NCBI GenBank assembly: GCA_948469065.1
Contig: CAOKKL010000001.1
Location: 1 to 46,865 of the forward strand
Source: an uncultured Mycoplasmatota bacterium
GTDB lineage: Bacteria > Bacillota_I > Bacilli_A > RF39 > UBA660
Length of the DNA stretch: 46,865 nucleotides
Direction: 5' to 3'
Within the stretch, counting starts at the first letter, position 1. Each line of letters starts with the position of its first letter. The notes beneath the pieces were generated by a model. The model saw only the letters and a program-made list of their open reading frames with translations, was not told where the DNA came from and ran no database searches. Positions 31,963-38,801 of this stretch are shown piece after piece. The translations under genes were made by a program, and so were the position numbers.

Positions 31963-32739
31963 ATGAACAGATTAAACGAATTATTACAAGAATTAGGAAT
32001 ATCAAAAGTACGTCTAGCTAAGTATTTAGGAGTATCTAGACAAATGGTTTATAATTATTTAGAGCTAGATGATATTAATAAATGGCCAAAAGAAAAAAAA
32101 TTGTTACTTTTTAAACTTTTAGAAATTGATGATGGAGAAGAAGGAACAATTAGTGGAATTAAAGTAACTACTGATTATTTAATGAGTGTAGAAAATCGTT
32201 TGAATCAAGGAGTAAAAAATAGTTCTGATTTAGATAGTTATTTTGATTTAAAAGGGCTTAACAAAGAAGATCAAACTCTTTTAGCAGATATCACATATCT
32301 TTTAAAAGAAAAATTATTAGATGATAGTAAGCATGATGAAAATCGCTATGCTGCACTGTATTTATATCATATGTTACAATCGATTGATAACGTTCCAGAA
32401 ATTAAATATATTTTTGGATATATGTCAAAAACAACAGGATTTACGGATCCAGAAGAATATAAATTTCAAGAAGATAAACAATTTATATTTGAAGGAATTT
32501 TATATTCTGCTCTAACATTATATAATAACGGAGGAGCAAGTCGAAGTAAATTAGCAGAGAGCCATCGACGTTTTGTTCAAGAAATAGAACAAAAAAATGA
32601 AGAAAAATTAACTCGTACTCAACAATTAAATACTATAAAAGTTCAAGCATTAAAAGAATTAAACTATACACAACTTAATGATACTAATGCCTCAGAGGTT
32701 TTAGAAAAAATGGCAGAGATTGAATCAAGAAAAGTTTAA
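31963..32739 (+). CDS. Helix-turn-helix (Xre-like N-terminus) protein of unknown function. It is the last gene before dif.
   Basis: The N-terminus LGISKVRLAKYLGVSRQMVYNYL is an HTH. A terminator hairpin AGAAAAGT-N8-ACTTTTCT plus a T-run lies at 32728-32756. Confidence 0.6.
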   Translation: MNRLNELLQELGISKVRLAKYLGVSRQMVYNYLELDDINKWPKEKKLLLFKLLEIDDGEEGTISGIKVTTDYLMSVENRLNQGVKNSSDLDSYFDLKGLNKEDQTLLADITYLLKEKLLDDSKHDENRYAALYLYHMLQSIDNVPEIKYIFGYMSKTTGFTDPEEYKFQEDKQFIFEGILYSALTLYNNGGASRSKLAESHRRFVQEIEQKNEEKLTRTQQLNTIKVQALKELNYTQLNDTNASEVLEKMAEIESRKV

Positions 32740-32809
32740 AAATACTTTTCTTTTTTATTACAAAAGAATTAATATTCCATATATTATAAATAATTTTTGG
32801 AGAAATTCA

Positions 32810-32837
32810 ATTTAACATAATGTATATTATGTTAACT
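32810..32837. other. dif: Chromosomal dif site (XerC/D recombination site), forming the left junction of the prophage
   Basis: The site is ATTTAACATAA-TGTATA-TTATGTTAACT. E. coli dif is GGTGCGCATAA-TGTATA-TTATGTTAAAT, and 20 nt are contiguous and identical. B. subtilis dif has the right arm TTATGTAAACT. Confidence 0.75.
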
Positions 32838-33422
32838 CTTTAATATATTGAATTCCAATCAACTTCTGTATGATATCTTTTACTACAGATATCTGCATTA
32901 TGTTCTTTTACTACATCTCTTAAATAACTGTAATATCTTATAAAATAGTTCCATATGCCATTTTGATTTGCATATTTTCCAACTTGTGACATTTTTACAT
33001 AATCTCCTTGTGAATGTATATATTCTTGTATACTCATTGCATGCTCACCACCTGGTATCTCATCTGTTACCAATTCTTTAAAACGTTTTAACAATTTATC
33101 TGAATTACTTTTTACATCTTCTACATCATATTGGTATTTATTATCATCTTTGAAATGAATCAAATATTTTAATGAACCGTTAAAACTCTTTTTAATGGGT
33201 TCTATCATGTTTTCTGCAACCCCTACTCTCTTTGATAGGGCAGATATGGTACATGCTGTTTTGAGCTTTATAACAAAGTGATAGTGTGCTTTCTTTAGTT
33301 CTCCTTCTTCTGTAACATCCTTATATAGATTACTTCCTTTTGTTCCAATAGATTAAACATTTGATTATCAAATTTTTCATCATCTTCATAAATTACACAT
33401 AAATAATTATAATTTCTTTTTT
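32825..33422. repeat. 598-bp direct repeat, copy A
   Basis: By my base-by-base reading it is identical to 38789-39386. It holds rep from codon 3 to the stop, plus 15 nt extending into the XerD arm. Confidence 0.93.
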
Positions 33423-33429
33423 CATTCAT
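32840..33429 (-). pseudogene. rep: Rolling-circle replication initiator, pMV158 RepB-like (Rep_2/HUH). This is the full-length copy, with an apparent -1 frame break.
   Basis: The ATG at 33429 follows RBS AGAGGAAAAG. Frame 0 reads MNEKRNYNYLCVIYEDDEKFDNQMFNLLEQKEVIYI.. and stops at 33295-33297. The -1 frame continues ...KDVTEEGELKKAHYHFVIKL (HUH) ...SLKYLIHFKDD (catalytic Tyr region) to 32840. Confidence 0.7.
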
Positions 33430-33468
33430 AAAACTTTTCCTCTCTTACATGAATTACATAAATTACAT

Positions 33469-33506
33469 ATAAATTGCATTATAGACGTAGCCCTTATGCA
33501 ATTTAT
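33469..33506 (-). promoter_or_regulatory. Candidate double-strand origin (dso) hairpin with a nick-site-like loop
   Basis: The stem is 11 bp, ATAAATTGCAT / ATGCAATTTAT, with a 16-nt loop. The minus-strand loop reads AAGGGCTACGTCTATA, which resembles the pMV158 nick region TACTACGAC. Iterons AATTACATA x2 and AATTGCAT lie at 33452-33479. Confidence 0.45.
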
Positions 33507-33615
33507 GACCTATACCATAATAATCACTTCCTTAATCACTAACGCGCTATCGCTTGTTGTACTTGTTAAAGCTCATAAACTAAAGTTTAATCGCTCTAAC
33601 AAGTTTCAATTAAAT

Positions 33616-33885
33616 CTAATTCCCTAAAAAATGTCCGATTACTTTCATCATTGCATCTTTGATTACGGAAAATCCATGCCATGAAATCACGAGTGAAATT
33701 AAGGCTACTACTACTGGTACATAAAAGAAATAAGATAAAAATGATATACCACCTTGTAACATGGTTGAAATCGTTGTTAAAACACTTGATATTTCACTAG
33801 GAAAGCTAGGTATTAATCCACCTAATATGGCAGAAATTACTCCTAATATATATAAAACTGCTTTTAAGAGTAAATATAATATCAC
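33616..33885 (-). CDS. Small 3-TM membrane protein (pVI-like minor coat/assembly candidate)
   Basis: The protein is 89 aa and almost entirely hydrophobic. It has a GTGA overlap with the upstream pIII-like gene. Confidence 0.55.
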   Translation of the reverse strand: MILYLLLKAVLYILGVISAILGGLIPSFPSEISSVLTTISTMLQGGISFLSYFFYVPVVVALISLVISWHGFSVIKDAMMKVIGHFLGN

Positions 33886-35174
33886 GGGTTATCCCTCCTA
33901 ATCTCATAAGAATCTTTTGATGTTTGAACACTATCATTTTTACTTAAAATACTAAAGAACTTCGCTGCTGCAAAATTGATGAATAAGCAAACTAACACAA
34001 TAGAAGTAACTGTTCTTATCGTTTCAATATGAGTCGATAAAATTACATTATCATTTAAACAAATTAACTGATTTTCCCAAAACGTCACTGAATCAAACAT
34101 GGAAGTTGCTCCTACTGTAAACTCTGGAAATTCAATACAGCCATTCGCATTTACTAGCCCTAATAAGCTTGTAAAAATAGTAATAAAGAAATTAATACTT
34201 TCTCCTACAAATCCAAAGTTTTCTGATAAATCTTTTGAATCATTGATGATTTCATATAATTGATTATCTGTGGGTACAAAGAGTGCTTTTAATGCCTCAA
34301 TTAATAAATTAACTAACTTTGACGGTAACTCTATAATTCCAGTAAAAATTCCTTTTAGCTTACACAGTAATCCGCAACTTTCACTTGAGGTATCACTACT
34401 ATTAGATGTTATGGAATTATTTAAATTGTCTAAACGATTATTAGTTTGTTGTTGATTTTTATTCATCGTATCTGTTTGATTAATAATTGCTGAAGAAATT
34501 GTATTAGAAGAATTATCACTTTTCTCTAGTGCGAAATATCTTCCAATTCCAACGGTAGTATCCCCTATTGCAAAGCCAGAAGAAGATGTAATATTAAAAA
34601 TAACAGCTGTAATATAATGAACGTCTCTTTGTAAAGGACAAGATACCGTTAAAATTCCAGAACCAATATTTCCAATAAATTGACATGGTAACATAGGGCC
34701 ATCTTGTTTTATAAATACGCTCGCTGAAAGAATTTTTTCATCAAATTGCATCGATTCTAAAATTGAACTACAACCGCCAAAAAGTGAACCAAAATGATTA
34801 AAAGGACCTTCACCCTCATAATATCCATCTTCATCAAGAATTATTAAATCGTTTTTACATGTTGTATTTAAAGAAACCGGATCAGAAGAAATATAAATAG
34901 GAGCTTCAAAAAAAAGATTAAAATAAACATAATCTGCATCAAAATCATAATCAATTCGAGTTGTTGGTTTAAATCCATTTCTAATAGAACTTATTCTAAC
35001 ATATTGTTGACTTTTATAAGTATTAGTTCCATTATCAAAAGTTAAAGCATGGTCACTCCATGTTCCGTCCATAACCCATTGTTTGGTATCATAATAGTAA
35101 TAATCTCCTGCACTTACATTTTGAATAAATAAAAAACCGCATATTATGATTAATAAATAAAATATCTTTTTCAT
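33882..35174 (-). CDS. Secreted 430-aa protein with a low-complexity linker and a C-terminal membrane anchor (pIII-like adsorption/minor coat candidate)
   Basis: The signal peptide is MKKIFYLLIIICGFLFIQNVSA. An N/S/T/Q-rich linker (SDNSSNTISSAIINQTDTMNKNQQQTNNRLDNLNNSITSNSSDTSSES) is followed by C-terminal TM helices. Confidence 0.6.
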   Translation of the reverse strand: MKKIFYLLIIICGFLFIQNVSAGDYYYYDTKQWVMDGTWSDHALTFDNGTNTYKSQQYVRISSIRNGFKPTTRIDYDFDADYVYFNLFFEAPIYISSDPVSLNTTCKNDLIILDEDGYYEGEGPFNHFGSLFGGCSSILESMQFDEKILSASVFIKQDGPMLPCQFIGNIGSGILTVSCPLQRDVHYITAVIFNITSSSGFAIGDTTVGIGRYFALEKSDNSSNTISSAIINQTDTMNKNQQQTNNRLDNLNNSITSNSSDTSSESCGLLCKLKGIFTGIIELPSKLVNLLIEALKALFVPTDNQLYEIINDSKDLSENFGFVGESINFFITIFTSLLGLVNANGCIEFPEFTVGATSMFDSVTFWENQLICLNDNVILSTHIETIRTVTSIVLVCLFINFAAAKFFSILSKNDSVQTSKDSYEIRRDNP

Positions 35175-35701
35175 AATCCAAATATTCTACAAACAATATA
35201 TAAGAATAGAAATATAAATAATCCGATTGAAATAGATATCAATATCATTAAAAATATATCTTTCTTTTTTGACTTCGCATAATAAAATGAATTTATTATC
35301 TTTAACTCACTATCATTTATTTTCACAAAAGTATAATCATTATAAGTATTATATTTATATAGCTCATCACATGTTGCTGTTGTATTACTAGCATTGGTTA
35401 CATCAAATTCTTTATTTGTTAGACATAAGTAATAATCTGTGTAAGTACTATATCCACTTTTGATATAATTTGATGATATTAAGTAATGATTATAATTACT
35501 TCGTTCATATATATCTTGTAAAGTAATGAGTGTACTTTCATTAATTGTTCGCAAATTATCATTGATTGTCATCGCTTTCGCGCAACGACTTGCGGCTAAA
35601 CCGATGACAACAAATACAATGATGTATCCCAATATGCGAAACAAAGAATGATAAATACTGGAAACTAAATCATGCATCATTTTATTTAATATACTTTTCA
35701 T
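35171..35701 (-). CDS. Bitopic membrane protein (N- and C-terminal TM). It may supply the membrane part of the assembly machinery.
   Basis: TM helices are at RILGYIIVFVVIGLAA and IFLMILISISIGLFIFLFLYIV. The gene overlaps both neighbours. Confidence 0.5.
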   Translation of the reverse strand: MKSILNKMMHDLVSSIYHSLFRILGYIIVFVVIGLAASRCAKAMTINDNLRTINESTLITLQDIYERSNYNHYLISSNYIKSGYSTYTDYYLCLTNKEFDVTNASNTTATCDELYKYNTYNDYTFVKINDSELKIINSFYYAKSKKKDIFLMILISISIGLFIFLFLYIVCRIFGL

Positions 35702-36410
35702 ATTGTTTATAAATCCCTTCTATTTTATCTTCTTTTAATGGTGTCCAAAATGGACTATCTTTTCCAAAATCAATTATTTGGTCCGTATCATACATTTGAT
35801 AATGTATTTTCCTTTTATGTGTATAAAAGCAACCAAATGCTTTCTTTCCTACTAATTCCTCTCTTTGCTTTTCGAAATCTCGAAAAACAACACAATGAGT
35901 TAAAAAATGTAAATAAGTATTACACGTAATAATCGTATTAATCTGTTCTCTCATTACTAATTGTAATCTTGAGAATACTTGACTTGTTAAAATGAATACT
36001 CTTTGCTGTTTTCGATTCTGTGAAATTACTTGAAACATATTGACATCTGCATTTTTACTTTCTAATGAGTTAAATAAAATATGTGCCTCATCAATCAAAA
36101 ATATGGTCGGTTTATTATAATTAAAGAATAACTGATAATATTTTTCAAAACGTATAATATTTTCTTTTGGTATATTTTTTAGTATATTTGTATTAATATT
36201 TACATTTGTTACCAAATAAACATCTTTCCAATCTTGATAAATATTATTAATCAGTCTTACTGCTGAAATAGTTTTTCCACTACCCTGCTTTCCACAGAAA
36301 CAATATACTCCATGATATGGAAATCTTGTTTTATTCCATTCATGCAAATATTTTAAATGTGTTGGAAGCTCAAATAAATTGACTTCTCCTTTTAAATCTT
36401 TTCTACGCAC
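35682..36410 (-). CDS. Zot / pI-like phage assembly P-loop ATPase
   Basis: Walker A is CGKQGSGKT, Walker B is TIFLIDEAH, and SQNRKQQRVFILTSQ resembles the Zot-family R-H...Q segment. The start is GTG, preceded by GGAGTGA. Confidence 0.78.
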   Translation of the reverse strand: MRRKDLKGEVNLFELPTHLKYLHEWNKTRFPYHGVYCFCGKQGSGKTISAVRLINNIYQDWKDVYLVTNVNINTNILKNIPKENIIRFEKYYQLFFNYNKPTIFLIDEAHILFNSLESKNADVNMFQVISQNRKQQRVFILTSQVFSRLQLVMREQINTIITCNTYLHFLTHCVVFRDFEKQREELVGKKAFGCFYTHKRKIHYQMYDTDQIIDFGKDSPFWTPLKEDKIEGIYKQYEKYIK

Positions 36411-36538
36411 TCATCATCACTCCAAAAATCTTTATCAATACATTTGATTTTTTCTTCTAAGTCTTTCATTTCTTTTAGAAGTTTCATAGCTTGATAATTA
36501 CAAAAAAGACCCATGATAATCAATAAAAAATTATTCAT
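36392..36538 (-). CDS. 48-aa mini-protein (one N-terminal hydrophobic segment)
   Basis: The product is MNNFLLIIMGLFCNYQAMKLLKEMKDLEEKIKCIDKDFWSDDECVEKI*, with RBS AGGTGAG. It overlaps the Zot-like gene start. It is not in the ORF track because it is under 60 aa. Confidence 0.35.
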   Translation of the reverse strand: MNNFLLIIMGLFCNYQAMKLLKEMKDLEEKIKCIDKDFWSDDECVEKI

Positions 36539-36542
36539 CTAC

Positions 36543-36701
36543 TCACCTACTTCCAATATGTAATCCTTTTCCCGTAAAAGATGAGATTACCATATTAATT
36601 AACATTACTATCACGGATATAGTAAGTGCCAACAATCCTGATGTTACTAAAATTGGTTTTATCGATTCAAAATAAGCTAAATATAGATTTGTTATATCCA
36701 T
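36543..36701 (-). CDS. 52-aa single-TM mini-protein (pVII/pIX-like candidate)
   Basis: The product is MDITNLYLAYFESIKPILVTSGLLALTISVIVMLINMVISSFTGKGLHIGSR*, with RBS AAAGGGGTGA. Confidence 0.4.
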   Translation of the reverse strand: MDITNLYLAYFESIKPILVTSGLLALTISVIVMLINMVISSFTGKGLHIGSR

Positions 36702-36712
36702 TTAATCACCCC

Positions 36713-36751
36713 TTTAAAAAAAAATAAAAGGGGAAACCTAAGTTTCCCCTA
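36713..36751 (-). terminator. Strong rho-independent terminator immediately after the major coat gene
   Basis: The minus strand reads AGGGGAAAC-ttag-GTTTCCCCT followed by TTTTATTTTTTTTT. Confidence 0.75.
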
Positions 36752-36753
36752 GG

Positions 36754-36978
36754 CTAAACATGAAAACCATGTCCAGCAAAAGCACTTTGTAACATGGCAA
36801 TACCTTTTCTTGCTCCCCAATAGAACAAATAAAGTGTCAAACATGCTGCAATTACGATACCCAATACAGCAGCAATATTGGCAACGGTTAAGTTGTCAGT
36901 AAAAATTGCTAATACTGATTGAATACCACTTTTAACTGTATCAAAGTTAAAAGTAATTGTGGATGCTGTATCCGACAT
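36754..36978 (-). CDS. Major coat protein candidate (pVIII-like)
   Basis: The protein is 74 aa with an acidic/polar N-terminus and a TM helix IAAVLGIVIAACLTLYLFYWG, followed by ARKG. The RBS is AAGGGGG. It has the highest local G+C, and a terminator follows it, as in inoviruses. Confidence 0.6.
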   Translation of the reverse strand: MSDTASTITFNFDTVKSGIQSVLAIFTDNLTVANIAAVLGIVIAACLTLYLFYWGARKGIAMLQSAFAGHGFHV

Positions 36979-37098
36979 AAATAAACCCCCTTTTTTTTAT
37001 TCCTTTTTCCTTCATAGAAAGGAGATGAGAAAGCCAAGCACTAACACTTTCCTGGTATGATGAACCGTTTTCGTTTAATTCAATTTAAACGCACTTTG

Positions 37099-37356
37099 CT
37101 ATTTCCACCACTGTCGATGGTTTCTTTTTATATAAATCACTTTTTTCTTTTTTCCATACTTTAAGCGATTTATAGTCTTTTCTAATATTTGGATCACAAT
37201 TTCTTTCTTACTTTTCTTTTGATAAATAAGTGGTAATATTGCAATCAATTCTTCGTTAAATCCATTTACATATTCAATATTGGCATTCCAAGGAATATAA
37301 CCAATTCTAGTTTTAAAACATTTATGATTGTGACTATACCAAATCGATAATACCAT
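37099..37356 (-). CDS. Hypothetical basic 85-aa phage protein
   Basis: The ORF lies within the operon and overlaps the upstream gene by 23 nt. Confidence 0.4.
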   Translation of the reverse strand: MVLSIWYSHNHKCFKTRIGYIPWNANIEYVNGFNEELIAILPLIYQKKSKKEIVIQILEKTINRLKYGKKKKVIYIKRNHRQWWK

Positions 37357-37633
37357 TTTTGGTTACAATCTGTGTTAATTGTACAAATGGTTTTAACGGA
37401 TTTCTTGGATTATCTTTTGTTTCGATAATTCCAGTTATATTTTGTTGAATAATGTCTTCTGGAATTTTGTCCCATACATCAAACCCAGTAAAGAACATCG
37501 GTGCAACAATCGAACCTTTTATCTTATCCGATTTTGCCATTTTATCCGTTAGAACATAATCAACTCTTGTATAAGGTTCTTTTCCTTTTGGACTACACTT
37601 AGTAACCGTTAAAATTCTCATTTTTAATTCCAT
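37334..37633 (-). CDS. Hypothetical 99-aa phage protein. The ssDNA-binding (pV-like) role is suggested only by its size and position.
   Basis: RBS AAGGGGTGA. The gene sits in the early part of the operon. I recognised no motif. Confidence 0.4.
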   Translation of the reverse strand: MELKMRILTVTKCSPKGKEPYTRVDYVLTDKMAKSDKIKGSIVAPMFFTGFDVWDKIPEDIIQQNITGIIETKDNPRNPLKPFVQLTQIVTKNGIIDLV

Positions 37634-37812
37634 TTTCTTTCACCCCTTTCATCATAAATTTCAACTTTCATTTCTTGGATTCCTATTTCAATAAACTCTA
37701 TCAAAGACCTAATAAGACTATCTTTTCCATTTGTAATAATTTCATCACAATGTCCAGTTTCTAATTGAAACCATATTTTATATTTTTTCATTTCTCTTCC
37801 TCTCTTAGCCAT
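37624..37812 (-). CDS. Hypothetical 62-aa phage protein
   Basis: The ORF is translationally coupled to its neighbours. Confidence 0.4.
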   Translation of the reverse strand: MAKRGREMKKYKIWFQLETGHCDEIITNGKDSLIRSLIEFIEIGIQEMKVEIYDERGERKWN

Positions 37813-37895
37813 ATATGGCCATGTTCTTTTGTTTTTTCCATGTCTAAATAAAGACCACCTTTTTCATATAGGTAATATAAGTTCTCTATTGTCAT
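37788..37895 (-). CDS. 35-aa mini-ORF
   Basis: The product is MTIENLYYLYEKGGLYLDMEKTKEHGHIWLREEEK*. It is preceded by AGGAGATGTCAGA and has an ATGA overlap with the upstream mini-ORF. Confidence 0.3.
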   Translation of the reverse strand: MTIENLYYLYEKGGLYLDMEKTKEHGHIWLREEEK

Positions 37896-38038
37896 TCTGA
37901 CATCTCCTCTATTTGAGAATTAATAATTCTTATTGTTTTCATAATTGCCTCCGAATAAGAATAGTAATTTTTTTCTAAGCTTTTCGTTAAATATTTGATT
38001 AAGCCTGATTTTAACTTTTCTAGTTCTGTTTTTGTCAT
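37892..38038 (-). CDS. 48-aa mini-ORF, the first gene of the leftward phage operon
   Basis: The product is MTKTELEKLKSGLIKYLTKSLEKNYYSYSEAIMKTIRIINSQIEEMSE*. Its initiation region, AGGAGATGTCAGAATGACAA, is identical to that of the next ORF. Confidence 0.3.
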   Translation of the reverse strand: MTKTELEKLKSGLIKYLTKSLEKNYYSYSEAIMKTIRIINSQIEEMSE

Positions 38039-38055
38039 TCTGACATCTCCTTTTT

Positions 38056-38119
38056 ACAACTTATCTGTTGTTAAATTAATATTACAACACATCTGTTCAA
38101 TTGTCAACACTTTTGTTGT
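38056..38119. promoter_or_regulatory. Three operator-like 16-bp palindromes in the divergent switch region
   Basis: ACAAC-TTATCT-GTTGT (38056-38071), ACAAC-ACATCT-GTTCA (38084-38099) and TCAAC-ACTTTT-GTTGT (38104-38119). Confidence 0.45.
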
Positions 38120-38161
38120 AAAATATCGTATAAAATTTATATAAAAGAAATGAGGTGAATT

Positions 38162-38389
38162 ATGTATTATACTCAAAGATTACAATGGATAAGAGATTGT
38201 AAAAATATAACACAAAAACAAATAGCTGACGCTTTAGAAATAAAACAACAACAATATGCAAGATATGAAAAAGGTATAAACATAATGCCCATTACTTATT
38301 TACCAAAGATATGTAAATTTTTAAACGTGTCATCTGATTATATATTGGGATTAACAGATGAAATGAAAGAATTAAAAAAAGAAGACTAA
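38162..38389 (+). CDS. Xre-family HTH repressor (phage lysogeny/immunity regulator candidate)
   Basis: ITQKQIADALEIKQQQYARYEKG is an HTH_3 motif. The RBS is GAGGTGA. The gene is divergent from the structural operon. Hairpin GAAGACT-aatc-AGTCTTC lies at 38378-38395. Confidence 0.8.
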   Translation: MYYTQRLQWIRDCKNITQKQIADALEIKQQQYARYEKGINIMPITYLPKICKFLNVSSDYILGLTDEMKELKKED

Positions 38390-38475
38390 TCAGTCTTCTC
38401 TATAAATCTTTAGTTAAGCCGTAAGGTATCATTATAATCACCGATAATTATAGACGTAGGATTGGAGGTGAAATA

Positions 38476-38607
38476 ATGAGTAAAATTTTATCAAGTTTTA
38501 AAAATATTGTAATAGATTGTATACTAATCTATGCAGTCTTTGCATTATTTATTGGCTTTGATAAAGCTAATGAACTAGTTATGAATATCATTAACATGTT
38601 CATTTAA
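38476..38607 (+). CDS. 43-aa hydrophobic mini-ORF
   Basis: RBS GGAGGTGA. The product is MSKILSSFKNIVIDCILIYAVFALFIGFDKANELVMNIINMFI*. Confidence 0.3.
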   Translation: MSKILSSFKNIVIDCILIYAVFALFIGFDKANELVMNIINMFI

Positions 38608-38629
38608 GCCTTACGGCTTAATTAAGGAC

Positions 38630-38761
38630 TTATTCGTCCCAAAATTCTTCATCTAAATCACTAATTTTCAAGTTACCAATAATTTTATTATTTTTATCTA
38701 TTTTATCATTAATTTTATAAACACTATATCCTAATGTACATATTAATAAAAAATTTATCAC
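38630..38761 (-). CDS. 43-aa mini-ORF downstream of rep on the phage circle
   Basis: RBS GAAAGGAGA with a GTG start. The product is VINFLLICTLGYSVYKINDKIDKNNKIIGNLKISDLDEEFWDE*. It converges on hairpin TTAAGCC-ttac-GGCTTAA (38604-38621). Confidence 0.3.
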   Translation of the reverse strand: MINFLLICTLGYSVYKINDKIDKNNKIIGNLKISDLDEEFWDE

Positions 38762-38773
38762 TGTATTATCTCC

Positions 38774-38801
38774 TTTCACTTTTTCTTTTATTATGTTAAC
38801 T
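38774..38801. other. attP-like degenerate dif-type site at the unit-to-unit junction
   Basis: The site is TTTCACTTTTT-CTTTTA-TTATGTTAACT. Its right (XerD-type) arm is identical to that of the dif at 32810-32837, while the left arm and central region diverge. Identity between the two loci begins at the last two bases (TA) of the central region. Confidence 0.5.

Noticed and set aside
32840-33429. The element as an integrated rolling-circle plasmid rather than a phage, because Rep is pMV158-like.
   Set aside because: A Zot-type ATPase, a coat-like 74-aa TM protein with a downstream terminator, a pIII-like secreted protein and multiple tiny TM proteins together form an inovirus morphogenesis module. 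Small RCR plasmids do not carry such a module.
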